Below, piece by piece: positions 39,419-49,342 of a stretch of 64,000 bases of DNA. Both the position numbers and the translations under genes were made by a program. The notes under the pieces were generated by a model, which saw only the letters and a program-made list of their open reading frames with translations, was not told the origin of the DNA and searched no databases. Source of the DNA: Thermoproteota archaeon (GTDB taxonomy: Archaea; Korarchaeota; Korarchaeia; Korarchaeales; Korarchaeaceae); assembly GCA_027492205.1 (NCBI GenBank), contig JAOZFN010000008.1, positions 30,041 to 94,040 on the forward strand, read 5' to 3'. The number at the start of each line of letters is the position of its first letter. The stretch's first letter is position 1.

Positions 39419-39838
39419 CTAGGGATCCAAGTTCCTCCGGGACCGGGCCGCCTTCAGGCTGAGCCTCTGCTTCTCGTCAAGGGCCCTTGCGAGCAGCCTC
39501 TCCCTGAGCAGCGGGACGCGCTCCAAAAGCGGCATCGACCGCGACAGCACGTGCCTCAGGACTCTCGGGGGGCGTTGTTCAACACCCTAACGTCGGCCGG
39601 GAGGCTCGTTCGCGCCCTTATCTCCTCCTCCGCCATCAGGGGGATCAGGAGATCGACCGCCGATGGCGCCAGGTAGACGCCCACATCCAAGTCTCTGAAG
39701 GCATCCCTCTCGACAAAGGATCCATAGAGCAGGGCGGTCGGTATTCCCTCTCTGTCTACCAGCCTGCGGACCTCCCGCAAAACCTCGGCTCTCTCCCCGG
39801 CTGAGCCTAATGGTCCTCAGCGGCCTCTCTGATTTCAC
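39419..39838 (-). pseudogene. minimal nucleotidyltransferase, frameshifted
   Basis: LLYGSFVERDAFRDLDVGVY..DVRVLNNAP; N- and C-termini in other frames. Confidence 0.75.
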
Positions 39839-40228
39839 GGATGAACCCCTCGACGCTGTCCAGGCCGACGTCCCTCGCCTCCCTATATACCCTCAGGTCT
39901 CGACCTCCCACTAGCGGTGTACTATCAGGTTTCTGAGCCTAATTGGGGATTTCAGAGAGTCTGCAGTGCCCACGCTCATGACCCCCATCTCTAACAGGCG
40001 ATCTGCCACCTGAGCGTAGGTCTCCACCTCACCCTCACGAGGAGGAGACCGACGTCAACTGTGGCCTCCACGATCTCCACGATCGGCATCCTCAGCGTGT
40101 AGAGGTTGCGATAATCGCTCAGGAAATCCTCCCGACTCAGAGAAGTTATTCCTCTCGTCCTCTCCAGAGACGACTCCAGATCCCTCAGGGGTTGAGCAGA
40201 CGGGCCTTTCGCGAGGCCGCGTGACCAT
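39807..40228 (-). pseudogene. DUF86/HepT ribonuclease toxin, disrupted
   Basis: EDFLSD, TYAQVA..L...GV, RLRNLIVHR followed by in-frame TAG; frameshifts. Confidence 0.75.
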
Positions 40229-40330
40229 CGTCTGATTCCAATGAATTCATCACTTACCTCATTGAAAGTGAGAGATGTCCAGCGTTCACCCCGGGGGTCG
40301 CGGCGTCCCGTTTACCCGCGCGCGGCCCCA

Positions 40331-40999
40331 CTAGAAGTACCTCCTCAGGCCAGCCCGCTCCTCAGTCAGAATTCGAGAGGCCGTCAGCCAGCTCCTCCTG
40401 GCTATCGGCGGGAGTGAGCCCCTCTCCCTCACCCACTCGCGCAGGAAGCGGATGGTCCTCTCGTCCCCGGCGTAGCCGGATCCGAAGTCGCCGTACTCAT
40501 CCCTCAGGCGCTCTATTATCCTGTCCCTGTGGACCTTCGCCAGTATCGAGGCCGCCGAGACGACTGGGTAATTCACGTCCGCCCTGTTCTCCGCCACGAT
40601 CTCAGCGTCGACGTCTCCCAGTCTCCTCCTGACCTCGAAGGCGTAGGACTCGGGGTACCTACCGGGGGCGTCCAGGATCGCCACGTCGGGCCTCAGCTCA
40701 CGTATCAGGTCGGCGGCTATCCTGGCCTCCAGCCTGTTCAGCCCTCCTGAGCCCACGGCCGCGTCTATCTCCCCGGGCCAGACCTCCACGAGGCGGTAGG
40801 CCCTCAGGGCCCTCACCAGCTCGTCGTAGAGCTCCTCCCTCCTGTCGGGCGTAAGGAGCTTCGAGTCCCTCACCCCAAGCTCAGCGAGGACTCCCTCGTC
40901 CCCCTCGTGGATCAGCGCCCCGCAGATCACCATGGGCCCGAGGACGGGGCCCCGACCGGCCTCGTCCACCCCCAGGATCCTCCTCGGCATCCCCGGCAC
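40331..40999 (-). CDS. rnhB: ribonuclease HII
   Basis: GVDEAGRGPVLGPM, VRDSK, VSAASILAKV.RD, FGSGY, R.SW.T, PIP-like tail LRRYF. Confidence 0.97.
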   Translation of the reverse strand: MPGMPRRILGVDEAGRGPVLGPMVICGALIHEGDEGVLAELGVRDSKLLTPDRREELYDELVRALRAYRLVEVWPGEIDAAVGSGGLNRLEARIAADLIRELRPDVAILDAPGRYPESYAFEVRRRLGDVDAEIVAENRADVNYPVVSAASILAKVHRDRIIERLRDEYGDFGSGYAGDERTIRFLREWVRERGSLPPIARRSWLTASRILTEERAGLRRYF

Positions 41000-41009
41000 A
41001 CCACTCCGC

Positions 41010-41528
41010 CTACGGGACGGCGGACCCCAGGGCGAGCCCGGCCACGACCATGCCGGCCCCCGCCAGGGCGAAGGCGGTCGCGAGGATGTAAAGGAGGATG
41101 CTCAGGGAGTTCACGGACGACCTGGCGCTCAGGGCGGCCGCGCGCGCGTCCTTTAGGTCCGGAACCGAGAGCGATCCCAGGTCGCTGGCGAGGCCCCTGA
41201 GGCTCTCGCCCGCCTCGCTCAGGCTCTCTGCGTACCCCTCGAACGGCCTCATTCCGAGGATGCTCACGTTCCCCGCCCTCTGGGCCACCTCTTCGAGGGA
41301 ATCCGCGAGCCTGCCGAGGTCCCCCGCGGCCCGAGCCCTGGTCCGGTCGAAGGACCTGAGGGACTCGTCCACCTCGTCCACGGCCTGAATCAGGTCGTCG
41401 ATGGTCCTGTGGAGGTCCGACCTGACCCTGCTGGTCTGGAGGGCCAGCGCGGCCGAGCACAGGACCAGGGCCAGCCCCACGGCCGCCAGCGTCGGTCCCA
41501 GAAACCTCGCGTCCAGAGCCATCTCCAT
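41010..41528 (-). CDS. hypothetical membrane protein (TM-helical bundle-TM)
   Basis: Hydrophobic segments at both ends, amphipathic helices between; abuts rnhB. Confidence 0.7.
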   Translation of the reverse strand: MEMALDARFLGPTLAAVGLALVLCSAALALQTSRVRSDLHRTIDDLIQAVDEVDESLRSFDRTRARAAGDLGRLADSLEEVAQRAGNVSILGMRPFEGYAESLSEAGESLRGLASDLGSLSVPDLKDARAAALSARSSVNSLSILLYILATAFALAGAGMVVAGLALGSAVP

Positions 41529-41583
41529 CTTGGCTGGGGCCGCCGGCTTGCCTTTTTATGATGCCAGGGAGGGGGCGCGCGGA

Positions 41584-42045
41584 ATGTTCCCGAGGGTCCT
41601 GTTTCCCACAGACTTCTCTGAGGAGGCGGTGTCGGCGGTCGAGGACATACTGGCCTCCAGCCCCAGCAGGCCCGGGGAGCTCATCCTCCTCCACGTCATC
41701 GACTCGAAGCTTTTGGAGGCCGTGGTCGAGGCCACCAGAGAGGCCTACGGGAGCGAGGCCAGGGCCAGGGACGCGGCCTTCGCGACCCTCAAGGCGGACG
41801 CTGAGAGGAAGATGAGGAGGGTCTACGAGAGGATGGTCAAGTACGCCCAGACCGTCCTGACGGAGGTCAAGATAGGAAAGCCCGCCGAGGAGATCGTCGA
41901 GTCGGCCGAGGAGCACGACGTCAACCTGATCCTGATCCCCTCGAGGAGCACGGTCGGGATAAAGTCCCTCGTCTTCGGCAGCGTGGCCCTGGGCGTCCTG
42001 GAGCTGACCACCAGGCCCGTCCTGCTCGTGAAGCTCAGGGGGTGA
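41584..42045 (+). CDS. universal stress protein
   Basis: MFPRVLFPTDFS, LLHVI, GKPAEEIV, FGSVA..V....RPVLLV. Confidence 0.93.
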   Translation: MFPRVLFPTDFSEEAVSAVEDILASSPSRPGELILLHVIDSKLLEAVVEATREAYGSEARARDAAFATLKADAERKMRRVYERMVKYAQTVLTEVKIGKPAEEIVESAEEHDVNLILIPSRSTVGIKSLVFGSVALGVLELTTRPVLLVKLRG

Positions 42046-42087
42046 GGGGAACGGAGTTGGAGACGCTGGGGTAGGGGGCTGTCCGCC

Positions 42088-42747
42088 TTGAGCAAACCTG
42101 ACTTGCGGAACCTCCGAGACAGGGTTGAGGGGTTCATCGAGGACGTCGAGGAGTCCCTCGAGGATGCCTGGTACGCCTTCAAGTCATACGCGGAGATGAC
42201 CGACCTCGGAGAGGTGGCCAGGAGGTACGCGGTGACCAACTCCTTCGACGGGCTGCTCACGGTCCTGGGCGTCGTGGCGGGCTCCTACGTCTACGGGGTG
42301 GCGGACCCCAAGACCGTGATCAGCGCGGGGGTCGGCGCCGTCGTCGGCATAGCCCTCTCGGCCGCCGTGGGGACATACATCACGGAGATAGCCGAGAGGT
42401 CCCAGGAGATCAGGGAGATGGAGGCGGCCGTGTTCACCAGCCTCAGGAAGTCCGTGGTGGCCAAGGCCCACAGGATCTCGGCGGTCGTCATATCGCTGGC
42501 CAGCTCCCTCGTCCCGGCGTCCTTCACCACGCTGGCCCTCTCCCCGTTCTTCATGGCCGCGCGGGGAACCATGACCGTCCACCTCGCTTTCCTGTCATCC
42601 GTGGGACTCATCCTGGGGTCTCTGTTCGTGCTGGGCGCCTACCTCGGCAGGCTGTCAGGCGGTAGGGTCCTCTTCTACGGGCTGGTGGAGGTCGGGGTGG
42701 GGGTGCTGATAGTCGCGGTCCTGCTGGCGATCGGGGCCACCCCGTGA
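42088..42747 (+). CDS. VIT1/CCC1-family membrane transporter
   Basis: RRY...NSFDG.L..LG, G.Y.TE.AER, LF.LG.YLG. Confidence 0.85.
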   Translation: MSKPDLRNLRDRVEGFIEDVEESLEDAWYAFKSYAEMTDLGEVARRYAVTNSFDGLLTVLGVVAGSYVYGVADPKTVISAGVGAVVGIALSAAVGTYITEIAERSQEIREMEAAVFTSLRKSVVAKAHRISAVVISLASSLVPASFTTLALSPFFMAARGTMTVHLAFLSSVGLILGSLFVLGAYLGRLSGGRVLFYGLVEVGVGVLIVAVLLAIGATP

Positions 42748-42802
42748 TCGCCCGGGCCTCGGTCAGGATCGGTTAAATCATCCCACCCTCGAACCCGCAG
42801 CG

Positions 42803-43144
42803 ATGGGCCGCGAGTCCGCTGCGGAGGAGGGTGTCCTCATCGTGCTGACGACCGTGGGGGACCGGGAGTCGGCGGAGAGGGTGGCCAGGACGCTGGTCGA
42901 GGAGAGGCTCGCCGCCTGCGTCAGCGTCATCCCGGGACTGGAGAGCCTCTACTGGTGGGAGGGGAGGCTGACCGAGGACTCTGAGCTTCTCCTGATCATC
43001 AAGACCCTGGAGTCGGCCTACGACAGGCTCAAGTCGAGGCTGAGGGAGATTCACCCATACCAAGTGCCTGAGATAGTCGCCCTCAGGGCCACGAGCGTCT
43101 CTCAAGCCTACCTCGACTGGATGAGGGGGGAGGTCGGGCGGTGA
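42803..43144 (+). CDS. cutA: divalent-cation tolerance protein CutA
   Basis: LVEERLAACV, S.Y.WEG, E...IIKT, HPY.VPEI. Confidence 0.95.
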   Translation: MGRESAAEEGVLIVLTTVGDRESAERVARTLVEERLAACVSVIPGLESLYWWEGRLTEDSELLLIIKTLESAYDRLKSRLREIHPYQVPEIVALRATSVSQAYLDWMRGEVGR

Positions 43145-44148
43145 GCCCCGGGGCGGCGCTGGCCGACGAGGAGGCCGAGGTCTACTCGCGTCAGATACCC
43201 CTCCTCGGTGTGGAGGGGCAGGAGAGGCTCCGGCGCGCGAGGGCGGCCGTGGTGGGGCTGGGGGGGCTGGGCTCGCCCATCTCCATGTACCTCGCCGCGG
43301 CGGGCGTGTCCCTGAGGCTGGTGGACTGGGACCTCGTGGAGCCCTCAAACCTGAACAGGCAGGTCCTCTACTCGAGGGCCGACGTGGGGAGGCCGAAGGC
43401 CTACGCGGCGGCGGAGAGGCTCAGGGCCCTCAACCCGGGGGTGGAGGTCGAGCCGTATTACAGGCCGGTGGTCGGCAGGCTGGCGCTGGAGGTTGTGAGG
43501 GGCGTCGACCTCGTGCTGGATGCCGCCGACAACGCGACCGTGAGGGAGGCGATAAACGAGGCGTGCGTGGCGGAGGGCGTGCCCCACACCTACGCCGCCG
43601 TGGACAGGTGGTTCGGCGCCTACGCGTTCTTCGCGAGGCCAGGGGAGGATCCCTGCCTGGCCTGCCTGTTCCCGCAGGGGCTGAGGGACCACCCGGTCCA
43701 CGTGATCGGGCCGGTCCCGGCCCTCGTGGGGGCGGTGTCCGCGGCGGACGCGATCAAGTTCCTCTCGGGGGCGGGGGAGCCGACGAGGGGGAGGATGCTG
43801 ATCTTCGACCTCAGAGAGATGAGCTTTGAGTCTGTGACCGTATCTAGGAATCCGGAGTGCAGGGTGTGCGCGCGGGGCGAGTACAGGGCGATAGGGGAGG
43901 ACCCCGGGAGGGTGTTCAGCAGGAAGGACTCTCACTTCTTCTTCGAGCCCAGCCTGAGGCCGCTGGAGGCGCTCAGGAGGGCCAGAGAGCTTGGGTGGAG
44001 GCCCCTGGAGATCAGGACGGAGTTCGCGAGGTTCGACGCCGCAGGGGCGGCCGTCGTCACGTACTCGGGCGGGGGGGCTATCGTGAAGGGGGTGGATCTG
44101 GCCGAGGCGGAGCGCCTGATAGAGGGCCTGCTCGAGGCCCAGGCTTAA
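43141..44148 (+). CDS. ThiF/MoeB/HesA family E1-like adenylyltransferase
   Basis: YSRQI, GLGGLG, D.D.VE.SNLNRQ, DAADN, CLAC and CRVC zinc pairs. Confidence 0.92.
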   Translation: MSPGAALADEEAEVYSRQIPLLGVEGQERLRRARAAVVGLGGLGSPISMYLAAAGVSLRLVDWDLVEPSNLNRQVLYSRADVGRPKAYAAAERLRALNPGVEVEPYYRPVVGRLALEVVRGVDLVLDAADNATVREAINEACVAEGVPHTYAAVDRWFGAYAFFARPGEDPCLACLFPQGLRDHPVHVIGPVPALVGAVSAADAIKFLSGAGEPTRGRMLIFDLREMSFESVTVSRNPECRVCARGEYRAIGEDPGRVFSRKDSHFFFEPSLRPLEALRRARELGWRPLEIRTEFARFDAAGAAVVTYSGGGAIVKGVDLAEAERLIEGLLEAQA

Positions 44149-44183
44149 TTTCTGTCCTCCTCAAGGTCGCCGGGTTGGTCGCC

Positions 44184-46079
44184 TTGCTGGCCAAGACGGT
44201 GAGGGAGTGCGCAAGGCTCGCCGACGGCCGGCGGGCACTGGACGACGCGTGGGGGATATCCCTTCACCACAGGATACAGGCCTCCCCCGGATTTGATGCC
44301 GCCGTGGAGTTCGCGAGGGGCCTGCTGGAGGAGGCCGGGATGGAGGTCCGGGTGCACGACTACCCGGCCGACGGGAGGACGGAGTACTGGGGGTGGGCGG
44401 CGCCGATAGGCTGGGAAGTCAGGGACGCGGAGCTCTGGATGGAGGAGCCCGAGAGGGAGCTCATCGCCACGTTCTCCCGGCACCCCACCCTGGTGGCGGC
44501 GCACAGCGCGCCCACGGACGGCTGGGAGGAGGCGGAGCTGGTGGACGTTGGCGAGGGAGTGTCCAAGGGGGACTACGACGTGCCCGTCTCCGGGAAGATC
44601 GTCTTGGCCAGCGGGAGGGCCAGCCTCGTCCACAGGCTGGCCGTCATGAGGAGGGGGGCCAGGGGGACCCTCTCCTACTCAACGCAGGCCGACCCCGAGA
44701 GCTTCCCGTACGTCGGCATCTGGCCCACGGCGGATGAGCTTAGGAGAATGGGGGTCGCCCTCACCGTCTCCAGGGCCTGGGCGGACAGGCTGAGGTCCTA
44801 CCTGTCCAGGGGTGAGAGGGTCAGGCTGAGGTTCAGGGTCGAGGCCGAGTACTCCGAGAGGGCCCTCAGGGTCCTCGAGGCCAGGCTTCCCGGAGAGAAG
44901 GACCTGGACGTCCTGCTGATTGCCCACATCTGCCACCCCAGGCCGGGGGCCCACGACAACGCCTCGGGGGTTGCGGCCGCCGTCGAGGCCGCCAGGGTGA
45001 TCGCCCAGATGGGCCGCGCGGGGAAGGAGCTCAGGAGGGGGTTCAGGCTCTGGCTCGTGCCCGAGTTCTCCGGCACGATCGCCCACCTGGCCTCCAACCC
45101 AGACCTGCCCTCGAGGCTGGCGGCCGTCCTGAACCTCGACATGGTCGGCTCGGACCTCCCCGTCACCGGGGGGACCCTATCTGTGGTCGGCTTCCCGCTG
45201 TACTCGCCGTCGTTCATGCCCCTCCTGGCACACCGGGCGCTCGAGGTGTCTCTCTCGACCAGGGAGTACTTCGAGGGGCACTCCGTCCCCTGGGTCCCCC
45301 TCACGCTGAATCCCTACTCGGACGGCAGCGACCACCACGTCTTCGCGGACCCGAAGGTGGGCGTGCCCCAGGCGGCCTACGGGGAGTGGCCGGACAGGTA
45401 CTACCACACGGACGGCGACTTGCCGGCGAACCTCGACCCCAGGCTGCTGGGGGCGGTCTCCTCGGCGGCCGCGGGCCTCGCGCTCGAGCTAGCCACCTCC
45501 GACGCGGAGGGGCTGAAGTCCCTCGCCAGGCTCACCGCGGCCCTGGCGAGGAGGCACGGGTCGAGGGAGCTGGCCGAGCTGGCCGAGTCGAGCGGTCCCA
45601 CGCCGGAGGTGAGGATGGCCCAGGTTCCCGTAGCATACGGGAAGGCCGTCTCGTCTCTGACCAGGCTCTCGGGAGAGGAGGGATTCGCCCAGTACGTCAG
45701 GGCCCTGGCGGACCGGGTTACGGCCGATCTGGCCGGCGTAAGGAGGGAGTTCGTGCCCGACGGATCCCCACCGAACCTGAAGCTCGGACCCGGCTCCGAC
45801 GCGAGGCTGAGGAGGGCGGTCCCCGGGCCGCTGCCCCACATGAGGCTCGTGAGGGGGCTGGGGCTCGAGGACTACGAGAAGTACCTCAGAGAGAGGAGGC
45901 TGTCCACCGTGGCGTACCACCTCCTGTACGCCCTGTCTCTCAGGGAGGATCTGGGTGGGGCGTACGAGCTTGTCCTCGCGGAGGTCGAGGTGAGCTGGGA
46001 GGACTTCAGGGCCGTCGCCAGGGACCTGATGACCGTCGGCCTCGTCGAGCCGGTGTCCCCCGGTAAGCGTACGGGCTGA
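44184..46079 (+). CDS. M28-family peptidase (DUF4910-like) with PA domain
   Basis: HRIQAS, AHICHPRPGAHDNASG, PE..GT, NLDMVG, GSDH, WPDRYYHT. Confidence 0.88.
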   Translation: MLAKTVRECARLADGRRALDDAWGISLHHRIQASPGFDAAVEFARGLLEEAGMEVRVHDYPADGRTEYWGWAAPIGWEVRDAELWMEEPERELIATFSRHPTLVAAHSAPTDGWEEAELVDVGEGVSKGDYDVPVSGKIVLASGRASLVHRLAVMRRGARGTLSYSTQADPESFPYVGIWPTADELRRMGVALTVSRAWADRLRSYLSRGERVRLRFRVEAEYSERALRVLEARLPGEKDLDVLLIAHICHPRPGAHDNASGVAAAVEAARVIAQMGRAGKELRRGFRLWLVPEFSGTIAHLASNPDLPSRLAAVLNLDMVGSDLPVTGGTLSVVGFPLYSPSFMPLLAHRALEVSLSTREYFEGHSVPWVPLTLNPYSDGSDHHVFADPKVGVPQAAYGEWPDRYYHTDGDLPANLDPRLLGAVSSAAAGLALELATSDAEGLKSLARLTAALARRHGSRELAELAESSGPTPEVRMAQVPVAYGKAVSSLTRLSGEEGFAQYVRALADRVTADLAGVRREFVPDGSPPNLKLGPGSDARLRRAVPGPLPHMRLVRGLGLEDYEKYLRERRLSTVAYHLLYALSLREDLGGAYELVLAEVEVSWEDFRAVARDLMTVGLVEPVSPGKRTG

Positions 46080-46093
46080 ACCGCCGACTCGGC

Positions 46094-47227
46094 TCAGCCG
46101 CCCTCCGAACTGGGCTCGACCCTGGTGGGCCCCCGGAGCACCCTGGCCCCGGGCTGGATCTCCACAGACCTGTGGTAGACGAGCTCCTCCACCTCGGCCC
46201 CGGGGTCGACGTGGACCTCGCCGCCGACCACCTTCCTGACCTTGGCCCCGCGGAGTATCCAGACCTTGTCGGCCCTAACGTCCTCCACCTCGGCGTACCT
46301 GCTGACGACGACCTCCTCGCCGACGAGCAGCCCGTCGATCTTCGCCCTCCTGCCGACGGCGATCCTCTTGGCCTCGAAGACCTCGCCGCTCGCCCTCCCC
46401 CTCACCTCGAACTCCTCCCTCGCCCTGAGGGTCCTCACGTTGACCCTCCCCCCGACCTCGACGCTCTCCGCCTCGACGCCCTCCCCGACCCTCAGCCTGC
46501 CACCGACCTCCAGGGGGCCCGTGAGCCTGATCCGGCCCCCGACCCTGGCGGCCCCCCCGACGTCCATGACCCCCCCGTCTATCGACCCGTGGACCTCGAC
46601 GAGGCCTCCCACGTCCAGCTCCCTGACCCTCAGGTCTCCCCTCACCCTCAGGACTCCCCCGACGTAGCACCTTGTGAGCGAGGCCGAGCCAGCCACGTCA
46701 ACGGATCCTCCGACGTCGATCGTGTCCGCCCGCAGATCCCCAGAGCACCTGAGAATGCCCCCGACCCTGACCTCCGCGGCCCTGAGGCTCCTGAGTATGA
46801 CCGATCCCCCGGCCTCCAGCTCCAGGACCTCCGTGTCTCCGGCCCGCATGGGCCCCCCGACGTCGACCCTGTCGGCCTCCAGCCGACCGTAGACCCTGGC
46901 CGAGCCGCCCACGTCCAGCGACCCGACCTTGAGGGACTTGCACCTCAGCGACCCCCCTATGTCGAGGGAGCCCCCCGCCTCCACCATCCCGGAGACCCTC
47001 AGGCTCCTTGATACCTCGGCGTCGAGCCTTATCCTGAGGTCCCCCATCACGTCCACGCTGCCGTCCGCCTCAAGGGACTCAGCCTGGAGTGTTCCCTCGA
47101 AGAGGGCATCTCCCTCACAGATCACGGGACCCTCCACGACGATCTCGCCGTCTTCTGGCTTTACCACGGCTCCATCCGGCACGAGGAGCCTCCGCTCGCC
47201 GCGGCCCGCCCGTATCACCCTGTCCAC
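46094..47227 (-). CDS. bactofilin-like (polymer-forming cytoskeletal) beta-helix repeat protein
   Basis: About a dozen 16-17-aa repeats with (L/V)(D/E)VGG cores. Confidence 0.75.
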   Translation of the reverse strand: MDRVIRAGRGERRLLVPDGAVVKPEDGEIVVEGPVICEGDALFEGTLQAESLEADGSVDVMGDLRIRLDAEVSRSLRVSGMVEAGGSLDIGGSLRCKSLKVGSLDVGGSARVYGRLEADRVDVGGPMRAGDTEVLELEAGGSVILRSLRAAEVRVGGILRCSGDLRADTIDVGGSVDVAGSASLTRCYVGGVLRVRGDLRVRELDVGGLVEVHGSIDGGVMDVGGAARVGGRIRLTGPLEVGGRLRVGEGVEAESVEVGGRVNVRTLRAREEFEVRGRASGEVFEAKRIAVGRRAKIDGLLVGEEVVVSRYAEVEDVRADKVWILRGAKVRKVVGGEVHVDPGAEVEELVYHRSVEIQPGARVLRGPTRVEPSSEGG

Positions 47228-47306
47228 CGGTGAGCACCTGGCCTCCTCCGCCAACCTCAAAATATAGGTCAGCGGCCCACCGGTCTCATGCGGCGGCGGG
47301 GAGCGG

Positions 47307-48230
47307 GTGGGGTTGCGGGTCGTGGTCACCGGCGGGGCTGGCTTCGTCGGCTACTGGACTGTCAGGGAGCTGCTGAAGGCGGGGCACGAGGTCGAGGTCG
47401 TCGACAACCTCAGCAGGGCGACCTTTGAGGGCGAACTCGAGGGCATGGGGATCCCCGTCCACCGGGTGGATGTAAGGGACTTTGAGGCCCTGGCAAGGGT
47501 GCTCTCCGGCGCCGACGCGGTAGTTCACCTGGCCGCCCTCATCAGCGTCGAGGAGTCGGCCGAGAGGCCCATTGACTACCACGAGACCAACGTCACGGGA
47601 ACTCTAAACGTCCTGCTGGCGAGTGTTCGTTCAGGCGTCCGCCGCGTGATCTATTCTTCGTCTGCCGCTGTGTACGGCCCACCCGTGAGATTGCCCATCG
47701 ATGAGGATCACCCGAAGAGGCCAGTCTCAATCTACGGCGCCACGAAATTGGCGGGTGAGGCCTACTGCCGGGCATTTCACGAGGTCTTTGGGGTCCAGAC
47801 CGTAATACTGAGGTACTTCAACGTCTACGGCCCTGGTCAATCGCCCGAATATGCCGGCGTGATAGCGAGCTTCCTAGACAGAATCCGCAGGGGCCTCCCC
47901 CTCGTCATACACGGAGACGGGACGCAGTACAGGGATTTTGTCCACGTCTACGACGTGGCCAGGGCAAACCTCCTCGCCCTCCACGCCCCCAAGGCGCACG
48001 CTGCGTACAACGTGGGCACCGGGAAACCCACCAGGATCGTGGACCTGGCTGAGATCATGACGAGGCTCGCCGGAGTTGACTTAGAGCTGGAGTTCGACCC
48101 ACCGAGGGCAGGCGATATCAGGGAGAGCGTGGCTGACATTGCGCTGATAAGGCAGGAGCTTGGATTCGAGCCTAGAGTCAACTTGGAGGACGGTCTAGCG
48201 GAGATGATCAGGGGCACGCGTTTTGCCTAG
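47307..48230 (+). CDS. NAD-dependent nucleotide-sugar epimerase/dehydratase (GalE-like)
   Basis: TGGAGFVG, HLAA, SSAAVYG, YGATK, LRYFNVYGP, RDFVHV.D. Confidence 0.95.
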   Translation: MGLRVVVTGGAGFVGYWTVRELLKAGHEVEVVDNLSRATFEGELEGMGIPVHRVDVRDFEALARVLSGADAVVHLAALISVEESAERPIDYHETNVTGTLNVLLASVRSGVRRVIYSSSAAVYGPPVRLPIDEDHPKRPVSIYGATKLAGEAYCRAFHEVFGVQTVILRYFNVYGPGQSPEYAGVIASFLDRIRRGLPLVIHGDGTQYRDFVHVYDVARANLLALHAPKAHAAYNVGTGKPTRIVDLAEIMTRLAGVDLELEFDPPRAGDIRESVADIALIRQELGFEPRVNLEDGLAEMIRGTRFA

Positions 48231-49240
48231 GGATCCATTGAGTATACTCGCAGGTACTTCCTCACGATCCTCTTCATATCGTACTGCCTCCTCACTAACT
48301 CCCTTGCACGGTTGGAAAGTCTCCTTCTAAGGTCGTCGTCTTCTAGTAGTCGTGTGATGGCGCTCGCCAGCTCCCCCGGGTCGTCCGGTCGCACCAAGAT
48401 GCCAGTCTTTCCATCCTCAATTATCTCCGTGTTCCCTCCCACGGCGGTGGCCACCACGGGAACTCCGCAGGCCATGGCCTCCAGCAGCGCTGTGGAGAGC
48501 CCCTCAGCCCTAGAGGGTAAGACGAAGATTTCAGAACCCTTCACCAGCTTGAGGGCCCTCTCCCTCGGGAGGGCTCCCATGAACCTGACCCGCCCCACCC
48601 GGGATGCGATTCGTCTTAGCTTCGCCTCCTCCGGTCCACTCCCCACTAATATCAACTGGGCGTCCTTTATCATGGACATCGCCCTTACGAGCACGTCCAC
48701 TCCCTTCTCGCGGGAGAGCCTTCCGACGTAAATTATCTGCTTGGGGTGGGCCCTCTCCCCAACCTCGGGAATCACGGACAGGTCGATGCCGTTGGGTACA
48801 TAAACAACTTTAACTCCCAGATTTCTGTAGTAATTTGCCGCCGATCTAGACACAACGGTGACCACATCTGCCCTTGCAGCGGCCCATTTCTCCAACCACT
48901 TCCCCACCCTCCCAATTACGCTGCCTCGAGATGCGGAGAGCGACTCGGAATATACCCCATGGATCGTCAGAATCCGTTTCCCCCAAGCTAGCCTCATTGG
49001 GAGAGCAGAAGGGACGTTGTGGGCATGCACTACATCGTATTTCCTGCCTAGAGTTGCTAGAGAAGCAGCGAGAGCGAAACTGGCGTTTGTCACTCCCCTC
49101 ATGCGGACGGTAGGGAGGCCCTCCGATGAGACCACCTTCACGGAGTGACCCAGGGCGGAAAGCTCTCTCGCCAACGCAGAGACGTGCTGGGCTATCCCTC
49201 CAACCCCCGCCGTCCGTGGCGAAATGATCAGCACCCTCAT
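48227..49240 (-). CDS. glycosyltransferase family 4
   Basis: GGIAQH, DVVHAH, VGRLSREKG, EGLSTALLEAMACG. Confidence 0.93.
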   Translation of the reverse strand: MRVLIISPRTAGVGGIAQHVSALARELSALGHSVKVVSSEGLPTVRMRGVTNASFALAASLATLGRKYDVVHAHNVPSALPMRLAWGKRILTIHGVYSESLSASRGSVIGRVGKWLEKWAAARADVVTVVSRSAANYYRNLGVKVVYVPNGIDLSVIPEVGERAHPKQIIYVGRLSREKGVDVLVRAMSMIKDAQLILVGSGPEEAKLRRIASRVGRVRFMGALPRERALKLVKGSEIFVLPSRAEGLSTALLEAMACGVPVVATAVGGNTEIIEDGKTGILVRPDDPGELASAITRLLEDDDLRRRLSNRARELVRRQYDMKRIVRKYLRVYSMDP

Positions 49241-49342
49241 CTCGGCGCCACCACTTATCGAAGATCCCTTGGCGAGGGCGTTCTCTCCGCCTCCGCATTA
49301 AAGCTTTTTTCCCAAGGGAGGAGAGGGTCTCTTTGATCTGAG

